Assembly: GCA_001797465.1 (NCBI GenBank)
Contig: MGPQ01000009.1
Span: 65,009-129,008 of the forward strand
Reading direction: 5' to 3'
DNA length: 64,000 nucleotides
Source: Deltaproteobacteria bacterium GWB2_55_19
GTDB lineage: Bacteria > Desulfobacterota > GWC2-55-46
The notes under the pieces are model-generated. The model was given only the letters and a program-made list of their open reading frames with translations. It was not told the DNA's origin and made no database searches. Shown here in pieces: positions 9,030 through 18,031 of the stretch; the first letter of the stretch is position 1; each line of letters begins with the position of its first letter. Position numbers and translations under genes: made by a program.

Positions 9030-9156
9030 TCTAAAAATTGTTATTTTTCCTGATCTCTGCGTCAGGTCGGAACTAAAAATGCTCACATATTACCATATAT
9101 GCTGCGCTTTTTATTTCCGCCCTTCCTTGACCTCAGAAAAAATTCCTAATTTTCAG
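9030..9156 (-). repeat. ~140-bp MITE-like element, copy 1 of 3 (between tRNA-Lys and tRNA-Glu)
   Basis: Reverse complement aligns with 37207-37430 and 48506-48648 (AAAATTAGGAATTTTTTCTGAGGTCAAGGAAGGGCGGAAATAAAAAGCG...GGAAAAATAACAATTTTTAGAG). Confidence 0.9.
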
Positions 9157-9177
9157 TTATTAATAACTTATGTTTAA

Positions 9178-9253
9178 TGGTGAGCCGCCCGGGACTCGAA
9201 CCCGGGGCCACCTGCTTAAAAGGCAGATGCTCTACCATCTGAGCTAGCGGCTC
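9178..9253 (-). tRNA. tRNA-Lys (TTT)
   Basis: Reverse complement GAGCCGCTAGCTCAGATGGTAGAGCATCTGCC-TTTTAA-GCAGGTGGCCCCGGGTTCGAGTCCCGGGCGGCTCACCA; 76 nt. Confidence 0.97.
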
Positions 9254-9283
9254 AAAACCTCGTACCAACAATAACCTAAAATT

Positions 9284-9311
9284 ATTATCACAAAAGGGGC
9301 GTGCCTGTCAA
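9284..9311 (-). promoter_or_regulatory. Sigma70-type promoter of the tRNA-Lys/tRNA-Glu unit
   Basis: TTGACA-N16-GATAAT about 30 bp upstream of tRNA-Lys. Confidence 0.7.
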
Positions 9312-9402
9312 ACTCAAAAGACGCCGCAAAAAAACACCCTTCCCTGTTGCGCCCGCACTGCGTAATTATATCGGAAAAACCGGCGGGCCAAATCCCCGCC
9401 CC

Positions 9403-9786
9403 CTACTTCAAGGCCCTCCTGAGGAAGTCCTTGACCTCGAGGAAGAGCTCCCTCGCCTGGTAGAGCTTGAGCTGGGACTCGTTCTCCGCATACTCTATCC
9501 CGGCGTTCAGGCCAAAGGCCTTCCACTCCGTCTTGAGCCTCTCGATGTAAGGGTCGAGCTTGTGGCTGAACCTCTCAAGCATCACAGCAAAGGACTGGTA
9601 CGTATCCTTCGGGATCTCCACCCCGCTCGCCAGAAATGCCGCCAGGGCCGCATGGTAGGCCGCGTAACAGGACGAGGTCGCCGACTGGGTATAGAGCCCC
9701 CTTGACTGGAGGAGATCGGCGGCCTGAAGGAACTCCTCCGACTTCTTCATCTCCACCCTTACCTTGTCCCTTCTCCTTAAGTCCAA
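9403..9786 (-). CDS. HEPN domain-containing protein (orphan)
   Basis: AAGGAG SD + TTG start; EEFLQAADLL..GLY..S....YAAYHAALAAF matches the N-terminal helices of HEPN proteins. Confidence 0.7.
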   Translation of the reverse strand: MDLRRRDKVRVEMKKSEEFLQAADLLQSRGLYTQSATSSCYAAYHAALAAFLASGVEIPKDTYQSFAVMLERFSHKLDPYIERLKTEWKAFGLNAGIEYAENESQLKLYQARELFLEVKDFLRRALK

Positions 9787-10137
9787 AAGCGCTCCTTGTG
9801 AAGCCCGGCGTACATGGGCAAGCCGCCCTATGCCGGTCTATATTTACGAGAGTATAAGTTCCCGCGGTTAAAAAATCAAGACTGTCATGCGTCAACCTCG
9901 GAATGGACTGCCCCGTGGCTAAGGCTACTGGCATCACCTTATACCTCCCCTGGTCCGATAGTCGGGAGGGGAGACGATTTAAGCGGTTTATCCGCCTTTA
10001 TGACACACTCCCGGATTTGCGGCCCTTTAATAGATTTATCGGCGTTTGACCACAGGCCTTTAATCGCGGATTCGGCGAACAAGCTGAAAATCCGAAATAA
10101 ATTGTCCTCAGGGCCGTAGATATAGTATCATTTCGCC

Positions 10138-11310
10138 ATGCCGAGGCTCATAAACTCGTACATATTCAGGGAAATCTCCGTCCCGTTCCTTTTAAGCCTC
10201 GCGATACTGACGGCCACGGGCCTCTTGAGCAGGATAATGAAGCTCGTGGAGCTCGCGGTCACACACGGCATCGGCGCCCCGTTCGTCTTCTGGTTCATCG
10301 TCTCGGTCGTGCCGTCGTTCATCATATACACGATACCGGTCTCGTTCCTCATAGGCGTGCTCGTCGCCTTCACGAGGCTCTCATCCGACTCCGAGATAAC
10401 CGCGATGAAGGCCTCTGGCTTAAGCCTCTTCTCGCTCATGAGGCCGGTAATCGCGCTAGCCATCATTGCGTACTTCCTCACGCTCGCCTTTACCGTCTAC
10501 TTCTTCCCGTGGGGGAACATAAACCTCAAGAACCTCCTATTCGAGGCGGCAAAGACGAGGCTCGTCTCAGGCATCGAGGAGAAGACCTTCTATGACAAGT
10601 TCAGAGGGGTAGTCCTCTACGTGGACCGCCTCTCGACAAAGACCGGAGAGATGGAGGGCATCTTCATATCCGAAGCGGGCGCCGGTGGGGACGCGAACCT
10701 CTTTTTCGCGGAGCGGGGCGTGTTCTCGCCCTCAGGCGAGGAGTTCTCGGTCTTCCTTAAGCTCAACGACGGGACGATCCACAGGAAGACCGGCGACGAC
10801 GGCGCCTATCACATAGTGCGGTTCGAGGACTACCTCGTCACCTTGAGCGCCGCCTCGGCCCCGGCTACGACCCTTGAGAGGAGGACGAACCGCGAACTTT
10901 ACATGGGCGAGCTCATGGCGAGGGTCGATGACGCACGGGCCAAAGGGATAAACACCGCGCCTTTCGTCATTGACCTCCACAAGAGGTTCGCCCTTCCGGC
11001 CTCGGTCTTCGTATTCGCGCTCCTCGGCGTGCCCTTGGGGATACAGAGGATACGGGCCGCGCGGTTCGCGGGTTTTTCCATCGCGCTCGCGGTCGTGCTC
11101 GCGTATTACGTGGCTTCGACCGCGCTCGAAGCCCTGGGCGAGAACGGCGGCCTTAACCCCATCGTCGCGGTCTGGGGCTCGAACATCATATTCACGATAG
11201 CCGGAGTATACTTCTTCAGGCTCGCCGCGCGGGACGCTTCGCCCTCAACCCAGTTATTTTCGGCGCTTGAGGCGCTCATCCCCCGGAGGAACAATAAAAA
11301 GGCGCAATGA
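10138..11310 (+). CDS. lptF: LPS export ABC transporter permease LptF
   Basis: YIFREI..PF, RLSSDSEITAMKASG, LHKRFALP; paired with lptG. Confidence 0.93.
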   Translation: MPRLINSYIFREISVPFLLSLAILTATGLLSRIMKLVELAVTHGIGAPFVFWFIVSVVPSFIIYTIPVSFLIGVLVAFTRLSSDSEITAMKASGLSLFSLMRPVIALAIIAYFLTLAFTVYFFPWGNINLKNLLFEAAKTRLVSGIEEKTFYDKFRGVVLYVDRLSTKTGEMEGIFISEAGAGGDANLFFAERGVFSPSGEEFSVFLKLNDGTIHRKTGDDGAYHIVRFEDYLVTLSAASAPATTLERRTNRELYMGELMARVDDARAKGINTAPFVIDLHKRFALPASVFVFALLGVPLGIQRIRAARFAGFSIALAVVLAYYVASTALEALGENGGLNPIVAVWGSNIIFTIAGVYFFRLAARDASPSTQLFSALEALIPRRNNKKAQ

Positions 11311-12377
11311 GGCTCATTCAACGGTACATACTCTCGGAGTTCCTCAAACTCCTTGCGATAGCGCTCGGCGCGTTCATCGCGCTATTCATGATGGTCGATC
11401 TCTTCGAGAACATCGACCTGCTCATGAAGCACAGCGTCCCGCTCTCTCATTCCGTCAGGTTCTTCGCCTGGAAGCTCCCGTTCATCCTGGGGCAGGTCTT
11501 TCCGATAGCCGTGCTTGTCGCGTCGCTCGTCTCTTTGGGGCTACTCTCCAAACACGGAGAGATAACCGCGATAAAGGCTGGCGGCGTAAGACTGCTCCGC
11601 GCGGTCACGCCTCTGCTCCTCGCCGGGCTCGCCATTAGCGTCCTCGTCATTCTCATGAACGAGTACGTGACCCCGGTTGCGCTCAAAAAGACAGACTCCT
11701 TCCGCCAGCAGTGGTTCGGGGTGCAGGGCGGCTCCTTCGGCAAGGAGGGCGTCTGGGTGAGGACTGGAAGGGGTATATTCAACGTAAGACAGGTCGACCT
11801 CGGCAGGGACAGGCTCTACGGGCTCACGCTCTACGAGATCGAAAAACCCTTTGCCGTGAAGGAGCGCATCTACTCAAGGAGTGTAGTCTGGAAAGGCGAC
11901 AAATGGGTGGCGGACGAGGCCATCGTCTGGAGGTTCAAAGACGGAGAGGTCAAGCGCGAGGAGGCGCTCTCGCTTGAGATAAACGAGTTCATAAGGCCCG
12001 AAGACCTGCCGAACGTCGAGAACCTGCAGAAGAACATGTCTCTCAACGAGCTCCGCGGCTATGTGCGCTCGCTCGATGCCGACGGGTACGATTCGTCCAA
12101 ATACCGGATAGACCTATACGGCAAGATAGCCTTTCCGCTTGTGAACTTCGTCATGCTCCTCATGGGCATACCGTTCGCCCTGAAGACCGGCAGGCACAGC
12201 GGCATCGCGACCGGCGTGGGCTTAAGCGTAGTCATCGCGTTCAGCTACTGGATAGTCTACGCCGTAACGCGCTCTTTGGGCTTGAACGCCCTCATACCGC
12301 CGCTCGTAGCCGCGGCCTTCCCGGACGTCCTCTTCTTCGCCATTGGGGCGCTCATGTTCGGGTACGTGAGGGAGTAA
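11307..12377 (+). CDS. lptG: LPS export ABC transporter permease LptG
   Basis: ATGA overlap with lptF; LSKHGEITAIKAGG, KIAFPL, PPLVAA. Confidence 0.93.
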   Translation: MRLIQRYILSEFLKLLAIALGAFIALFMMVDLFENIDLLMKHSVPLSHSVRFFAWKLPFILGQVFPIAVLVASLVSLGLLSKHGEITAIKAGGVRLLRAVTPLLLAGLAISVLVILMNEYVTPVALKKTDSFRQQWFGVQGGSFGKEGVWVRTGRGIFNVRQVDLGRDRLYGLTLYEIEKPFAVKERIYSRSVVWKGDKWVADEAIVWRFKDGEVKREEALSLEINEFIRPEDLPNVENLQKNMSLNELRGYVRSLDADGYDSSKYRIDLYGKIAFPLVNFVMLLMGIPFALKTGRHSGIATGVGLSVVIAFSYWIVYAVTRSLGLNALIPPLVAAAFPDVLFFAIGALMFGYVRE

Positions 12378-12380
12378 ACA

Positions 12381-14075
12381 TCACTCGGCCTGTTTCAACA
12401 CCCGCGCGGCCTCGAACTCCCTCTCTGCCTCATCGGCCCATCCCTTTCTTTCGTATATGAGGGCGAGCTCGTAATGGGAGTTCGCCCTATCCGGCTCAAA
12501 CCTCAGCGCCTCCTCGAATTCCCTCTCTGCCTCATCGATCATGCCGAGCTTCAAATATGAGAGGGCGAGGTTGTGGCGCGTCCCTGCCTTATCCGGCCTT
12601 TGCTCAAGAGAAGCCCGGTAGGCCATGACCGCGTCCCCGTAAAGCCCTCCGGCGAAGTAAGCGGCCCCGAGGTTATGGAGCGCGACCGCGTCCGGGCTGA
12701 ATGAGACGGCCTTCTCGAACTCCGGTATCGCCTCGCTTACGAGCCCCCTCCGAAGATACACGTCCCCGAGGCTCGCGTGCGTCCGGGCCTTCAACGGGCT
12801 CTTTGCTATCGCGTCCTTCCAGAGGGCCGCGTCGTCCCTCCAGACCTCGTTCCTCACATATGCCGCCGCGCCGAGCGGCAAGGCGACGAGGACGGCGAGG
12901 ACGACGGCGAAGGCGGCATTTGACCAGCCCTTCAACAACCTCTCTTTCAAAAAGAAAGCGAAGGCGCTGAACGCGGCGAACGCGCCGATAGACGGCAGAT
13001 AGAGCCTGTGCTCGAATATCACGTCCTGTATGGGTATGACGGACGATTCTACTGAAAGCGTTATGAAGAACCAGAAGACCCCGGCAGAGACGAGCGTAAG
13101 ATGCGCGTCGCTCCTCTTTCTCGATATCACGAAAAGACAGACCGCGGCCACGAGGAGCGAAAGCAGGAACAGAAAAGAGGCGAGGACGCCTGGGGCGAGG
13201 ATGGAATTATAAACCGGGTAGCTGTAGTCTATGTTTTGCCCCATCGGCAGGACAAGGAGCCTTAGGTACGTCACGATGACCCGGAGCTCCGTTACGAAGT
13301 ACGAATAAGGGGAGAGACCCGTCATCTCTGAAAACTGCTTCCGCATGATGTTGGAGCTTACCCCCGCGCCTTCACCTGACGCCGCGCTCAATACCATAAA
13401 TGGGATGATGAGCATTACGAAGAGGAACGGGATGACCCGGAAGAGCCTCTTTTTATAAGGCCCGTCATAGAAGGCCGTCTCATAGAAAAGGATTATCGCC
13501 GGGAGCGTAAAGGCTATCTCCTTTGTGAACTGCGCGCATACGGCAAATACAAAAGAGAGCGCGTAAATAAGCGCGCCGTTCTTATCACGCGCGCGCCACG
13601 CGATATAAGAGGCGAGCGAGAGGAGATAAAAGAGGGCCGCGAGCGACGCGAACCTCTGGGTTACGTATGTGACGGCCTGCGTCTGTAAGGGGTGGACGGC
13701 AAATATGACGGATGAAATAAAAGCTACCCCGAACGCCGCCCCGGCGGACTGAAGCGCGCCCTTCATCCAGGGCGTCGCGAAGGTCCTGGATACGATAAAA
13801 AAGACGAGTACGGCGTTGGCCGCGTGGATAGCGGTATTCAAGAGGTGATAGCCGAAGACGTCGAGCCCGCCAATTCTAAAGTTGAGCGCAAAAGAAATGT
13901 AGGATAACCAGCGGGTGCCCGTCGGGGGCCAGAGGTTTGAAAGGGCGCGTATCTCGGGGTTTCCGATTATGTACATGCCGTCGTCAAAGACGAACGGCAC
14001 GTCAAAGGTATTCGAATATACAATGAAGGCGAGGAGAGCTGTCAATGGGTAGGCTATGTAATAAAGACGGCGCAT
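12381..14075 (-). CDS. TMTC-like membrane protein (GT-C fold + C-terminal TPRs), paralog 3
   Basis: FVFDD loop, YH..N..IH..N, HP.QTQAVTY..QR, KE, FEHRLYLPS, RN.VW, then TPR repeats. Confidence 0.85.
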   Translation of the reverse strand: MRRLYYIAYPLTALLAFIVYSNTFDVPFVFDDGMYIIGNPEIRALSNLWPPTGTRWLSYISFALNFRIGGLDVFGYHLLNTAIHAANAVLVFFIVSRTFATPWMKGALQSAGAAFGVAFISSVIFAVHPLQTQAVTYVTQRFASLAALFYLLSLASYIAWRARDKNGALIYALSFVFAVCAQFTKEIAFTLPAIILFYETAFYDGPYKKRLFRVIPFLFVMLIIPFMVLSAASGEGAGVSSNIMRKQFSEMTGLSPYSYFVTELRVIVTYLRLLVLPMGQNIDYSYPVYNSILAPGVLASFLFLLSLLVAAVCLFVISRKRSDAHLTLVSAGVFWFFITLSVESSVIPIQDVIFEHRLYLPSIGAFAAFSAFAFFLKERLLKGWSNAAFAVVLAVLVALPLGAAAYVRNEVWRDDAALWKDAIAKSPLKARTHASLGDVYLRRGLVSEAIPEFEKAVSFSPDAVALHNLGAAYFAGGLYGDAVMAYRASLEQRPDKAGTRHNLALSYLKLGMIDEAEREFEEALRFEPDRANSHYELALIYERKGWADEAEREFEAARVLKQAE

Positions 14076-14127
14076 ACCATCCTGAGAGGGGGTTGAATAA
14101 ACAACACCGGGAGCTTATCACATATCT

Positions 14128-14210
14128 TCCCCCCTTTCTAAAGGGGGACTGAGGGGGATTATAAAGGGCTGAAAAATAATCTCCCCAAACCCCTCTTTAG
14201 AAAAGAGGGG
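14128..14210. repeat. Inverted doublet of CCCCCTTT-NN-AAAGGGGG REP-like units
   Basis: TCCCCCCTTTCTAAAGGGGGACTGAGGGGGATT ... AATCTCCCCAAACCCCTCTTTAGAAAAGAGGGG; related units at 33461 and 39181. Confidence 0.75.
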
Positions 14211-14229
14211 TTCTGCATGGTCCTATTCG

Positions 14230-15984
14230 TCACCTGCCTACCTCTTCTATCCCCTGGTACGCCTCCTGGAAACCGGGGTTGATGGATATGACGGCCTCGA
14301 ACTCCCGCTTCGCGTCACTGAGCCTGCCCATGGACTGGTAGGCGAGCGCGAGATTGTAACGGGCCCTCCATTTGTCCGGCTGAAAAGTGACGGTCTTTTC
14401 AAGCTCCGAGACAGCCTCATCCATCCTCCCCAAAGCCCGCAAGGTAGAGGCGAGGTTGTAGTGGGCGTCGGCGAAGTCGGGTTTAAGCCCTATCGCGGTC
14501 TTGAGTTCGGCTTCCGCCTCCTCGTACCTTCCAACCTTGTAATAGGCGGAGCCGAGGTTGAAGAAGGTCTTTACATCGGGCTTCAGGCCGCGCGCCTTCT
14601 CGAACTCCTCTATCGCCTCTCCGTATCTCCCCATCCTGAAGTATACGTCCCCGAGGTTGTTGTGAGGGCGCGTCTTTCCGGGGCTCTTCCGGGCGACGTC
14701 GGTCCAGAGCGTGAATTCGTCCTGCCAGACGAGGTTCCTCCTGTACGCCGCCGCGCCGTAGGGGATGGCCAGAATGATTGCTACCACAATTGCAAAGACT
14801 GTGGCCGACGCCTTCACGAGCGAGCGTTTTTTAAGATACTCGAACAAACATATCATGAAGGCCCCGAAGGAGACGAAGAGGCCGATGGACGGAAGATAGA
14901 GCCTGTGCTCGAATATCACGTCCTGTATGGGGATGACCGAAGACTCAATCGATAGCGTTATGAAAAACCAGAAGACCCCGGCGGCTGAGAGCGCCGCAAG
15001 GGGCGCCCTCCCCATTCTTGTCCTCGCGTACGCGACTACCGCTACCGCGGCGAAGCATAAGAGGAAGAAGAGCGAGAGGAGCGGACCTGGCTCAAGGACG
15101 GAGGTGAACTTAGGGTAATCGTAATCGAGGTTTTGCCCCACCGGTAGAATAACGAGCCTTAAGTATGTCACGACCACGCGGAACTGCGTGGAGAGGTACT
15201 GGTACGGCGAAAGGTCTGAAAGCTCCTGGATCTGTTTCTCCCTTATGAGCTCGCTTACCCCGTGGTCCGGCCCAGCGTACACGAGGAGCGTAAACGGGAT
15301 AATGAGCATCGTGAGCATGAACGGCGCAGTCGAGACCGCCCTTTTTCTGAAGCCGCCGCCGAAAAACGCCGCCTCGTAAAGAACGATAACCGTTGGGAGC
15401 GTGAAGGCTATCTCCTTTGTCATCTGCGCGGCTATGGCCGAGGCGAACGCGAGAGCGTATTTTACATAACCCTTTCTTCCCCCCTCCGCGCCGATTCTAT
15501 GACTTGCATAGAGGACAAGAGAGAGGAGAAAAAAGAGCGTGGCAAGGGAGGCGAACCTCTGTGTCGTGTATGTGACGGCTTGGGTCTGCACGGGGTGTAT
15601 TGCGAAGAGGACTGACGCAATAAGCGCGGCCCCGAAGGCCGCGGACTCCTTGTCGTTCAGCCCGGATAGCTCCATAAACGGCGTCTTGAACGTGAGCGAG
15701 ACGAGCCTGAAGACGAGCATGGAGTTTACGATGTGTATGAGGATGTTTACCGCGTGATAGCCTCTTGGGTCGAGGCCGCCCATGCTGTAACTGAGGGCGA
15801 ATGAGAGGTACCCGAAGTACCTTGTCCCGACAGGTGGCCAGAACCCGGAGAAGTCCCGGATGCCGGCGTTCCCTGCTATGTACATCCCGTCATCGAAGAC
15901 AAAGGGATAGGGCAGTATCGACGAATATACAACGGCTGAGAGTATCGCGAGCGTAGCGTATGCGAGCGCGTTTTTCATCCTCAC
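14230..15984 (-). CDS. TMTC-like membrane protein (GT-C fold + C-terminal TPRs), paralog 2
   Basis: Same motif set; start is either GTG 15984 (overlaps the upstream stop) or ATG 15978. Confidence 0.85.
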   Translation of the reverse strand: MRMKNALAYATLAILSAVVYSSILPYPFVFDDGMYIAGNAGIRDFSGFWPPVGTRYFGYLSFALSYSMGGLDPRGYHAVNILIHIVNSMLVFRLVSLTFKTPFMELSGLNDKESAAFGAALIASVLFAIHPVQTQAVTYTTQRFASLATLFFLLSLVLYASHRIGAEGGRKGYVKYALAFASAIAAQMTKEIAFTLPTVIVLYEAAFFGGGFRKRAVSTAPFMLTMLIIPFTLLVYAGPDHGVSELIREKQIQELSDLSPYQYLSTQFRVVVTYLRLVILPVGQNLDYDYPKFTSVLEPGPLLSLFFLLCFAAVAVVAYARTRMGRAPLAALSAAGVFWFFITLSIESSVIPIQDVIFEHRLYLPSIGLFVSFGAFMICLFEYLKKRSLVKASATVFAIVVAIILAIPYGAAAYRRNLVWQDEFTLWTDVARKSPGKTRPHNNLGDVYFRMGRYGEAIEEFEKARGLKPDVKTFFNLGSAYYKVGRYEEAEAELKTAIGLKPDFADAHYNLASTLRALGRMDEAVSELEKTVTFQPDKWRARYNLALAYQSMGRLSDAKREFEAVISINPGFQEAYQGIEEVGR

Positions 15985-17768
15985 GAAGGCGGCCCCCCTC
16001 CCCGCTTCAATTCAATGTAGCGGAGGTTCTCGTACGCGTCCTCGAAGCCTGGGTTTATGGATAGCGCGGTTTCGAACTCAGCAACGGCCTCGTCGTATCT
16101 GCCGAGGTACTTGTACGCGAGCCCGAGGAGGTTATGCGCCCTGTAATTGCCGGGTTCGAGCCTGATCGTCGCGCTGAACTCACCCACGGCATCTTCAATC
16201 CTCCCCTTGCTCAGATACGCGAGCCCGAGGTTGTTGTGGGCGTTCGCCTTCGCCGGCTGGAATGTGACAGCCGCCTCGAACTCTAATATCGCGTCGTCCA
16301 TGCGCCCTATGTCCTTGTACGCGACCCCGAGGTTGTAGTGGGCGTCGGCAAAGTTGGGCTTCAACTCTATGGCACGCTTGAACTCGTCCATCGCGCGCGC
16401 GAGATCACCCTTCCTGTAATAAACCGAGCCGAGGTTGTTGTGCACGCGGGCCTTCATCGGGCTCTTTACGACCGCGTCCTCCCAGAAGACCACCTCGTCG
16501 GCCCAGACAGTGTTACGCATGTATGTAGCGACGGACAAAGGGACTGAGACGGCCGCGGCTATCATAAGGGCGAGTGCCGCCGCTGAGGCCACCGATCTAT
16601 TTCCGGGCACGAAACGCGCGCCGTATAGAAGCGCGGACCCGAAGGCGAGCGCCGCGCCGGGCATGGCGAGGTACAGCCTGTGCTCGAATATGAGGTCGTT
16701 AATTGGGATTATCGAGGACTCTATCGACAGCGTTATGAAGAACCAGAATACGCCTGCTGAAAAAAGAAGCCCGAGCGCGCAGTTGACCCTCCTCGATTTT
16801 ACGAATATCCATACCGATAAGATGACTATGGACAGAAGGAACAGGAAAGATAATAGCGGCTCCGGCGAGAATATCGAGGTAAAGAGCGGGTAGTCGTAGT
16901 CGAGCGTCTGGTTTACCGGAAAAACGATAAGCCGGAGGTAGGTGACGATGACCCTGAACTGGGTAACGAGGTAGTCGTGGCGCGAAAGCGCGGTCAAATC
17001 CCTTATCTGCAGCTCCCTCGTCCTCTCGCCAATGTCAGAGCCGCCCCCGCCGAGCCCGGCCTCGGGGCCGAGGATGGCAAGAGGGATGATAATGAGCGTG
17101 AGTATTAACGGTATGAGCGCGGGTATCCTTTTTTTGTCCCATCCGAAAAAGACGCCCTCGTAGAGGACTATCATTACGGGGAGCGTAAAGCTTATCTCTT
17201 TGGTGTTCTGCGCGGCTATGGCCGACGCGAGCGCGACGATATAAAGGAAGACCTTGAAGGCCTTTGGCCCTGACGAGAGCCTCCACCTTATATATGAGAC
17301 GAGCGAGAGGAGATAGAAGAGGGTCGCGAGTGACGCGAACCTCTGCGCCATGTAAGTAACCGCCTGCGTCTGTACAGGGTGCACAATAAAGAGGACCGAT
17401 ACGATAAGCGCGAGGACGAACGCTACTCTTTCCTTGTCTTCGACCTGCGCCCTTTCCATCCACGGGGTCCTGAAGGTTGCAGTCACAAGCGCGTAGACGA
17501 GGAGGCCGTTCACGATGTGTATCATCACATTAACAAGGTGGAAGCCGAAGGTGTCGAGCCCGTTGATTCTAAAGTTCAGCGCGAACGAGAGATACCCGAG
17601 ATACCTCGGCCCCGAAGGCGGCCAGAAGTTCCCGAGGTTTTTTATGAGCGGGTTCTTCGAGATGTACATCCCGTCGTCGAATATGAACGGGCCGTGAAAT
17701 GCGCTTGAATAGATGACGACGGCGAGGACACTGAGCGCGATGAAGACTATGAGGGGACGGAGTTTCAT
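15981..17768 (-). CDS. TMTC-like membrane protein (GT-C fold + C-terminal TPRs), paralog 1
   Basis: FIFDD, HP.QTQAVTYMAQR, KE, FEHRLYL, NNLG/YNLG TPR array; ATG at 17768 chosen as start. Confidence 0.85.
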   Translation of the reverse strand: MKLRPLIVFIALSVLAVVIYSSAFHGPFIFDDGMYISKNPLIKNLGNFWPPSGPRYLGYLSFALNFRINGLDTFGFHLVNVMIHIVNGLLVYALVTATFRTPWMERAQVEDKERVAFVLALIVSVLFIVHPVQTQAVTYMAQRFASLATLFYLLSLVSYIRWRLSSGPKAFKVFLYIVALASAIAAQNTKEISFTLPVMIVLYEGVFFGWDKKRIPALIPLILTLIIIPLAILGPEAGLGGGGSDIGERTRELQIRDLTALSRHDYLVTQFRVIVTYLRLIVFPVNQTLDYDYPLFTSIFSPEPLLSFLFLLSIVILSVWIFVKSRRVNCALGLLFSAGVFWFFITLSIESSIIPINDLIFEHRLYLAMPGAALAFGSALLYGARFVPGNRSVASAAALALMIAAAVSVPLSVATYMRNTVWADEVVFWEDAVVKSPMKARVHNNLGSVYYRKGDLARAMDEFKRAIELKPNFADAHYNLGVAYKDIGRMDDAILEFEAAVTFQPAKANAHNNLGLAYLSKGRIEDAVGEFSATIRLEPGNYRAHNLLGLAYKYLGRYDEAVAEFETALSINPGFEDAYENLRYIELKRGGGPPS

Positions 17769-17842
17769 AAAATTTATGGGCAAATATCCGAGGGACTGTT
17801 TATAGGAAGATTCCTCAGATTCTCCTCCAAAGCTTTCTGTAC

Positions 17843-17884
17843 TTCCAGCAAGGCCCCCGGGGCTTTTAGGGGGCCTTGCTGGAA
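17843..17884. repeat. Perfect 16-bp inverted repeat
   Basis: TTCCAGCAAGGCCCCC-N10-GGGGGCCTTGCTGGAA. Confidence 0.8.
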
Positions 17885-17887
17885 CTG

Positions 17888-18026
17888 AAAATTTTTGAAG
17901 GGGGGTCTCAGGGGGTCCTCGCCGGACGGGCGAAACCGGATCGATCGGCTATGATTCAAATCGCCTCAAAGACTCCGATTGATAATGGCGGTGCGCCGAG
18001 CACCTTTTTATAAAAAGTTTCCCCCC
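17888..18026. repeat. REP-like GGGGG..CTTTTT/AAAAAGTTTCCCCC element interrupted by the ~89-bp element
   Basis: AAAATTTTTGAAGGGGGGTCTCAGGGGG [insert 17916-18003] CTTTTTATAAAAAGTTTCCCCCC; removing the insert approximately restores a GGGGG..CTTTTT/AAAAAG..CCCCC hairpin. Confidence 0.6.
17916..18003. mobile_element. ~89-bp miniature element, copy A
   Basis: TCCT..CCGGACGGGC ... TGCGCCGAGCA ends shared with 37317-37405 and 50918-51006; internal stem ATCGATCGG/CCGATTGAT. Mobility is inferred. Confidence 0.7.
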
Positions 18027-18031
18027 GGAGA

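Noticed and set aside
9575..10119. ORFs 9575-9937 (-) and 9814-10119 (+)
   Set aside because: No SD or recognisable motif; they overlap the HEPN gene or the divergent promoter region
17774..17959. 61-aa ORF upstream of the first TMTC-like gene
   Set aside because: Composed largely of repeat sequence, with no coding signal
17991..18003. GTGCG at the end of the 89-bp element resembles a group II intron 5' end
   Set aside because: No domain V/VI, intron body or maturase follows, and copy B reads CTGCG
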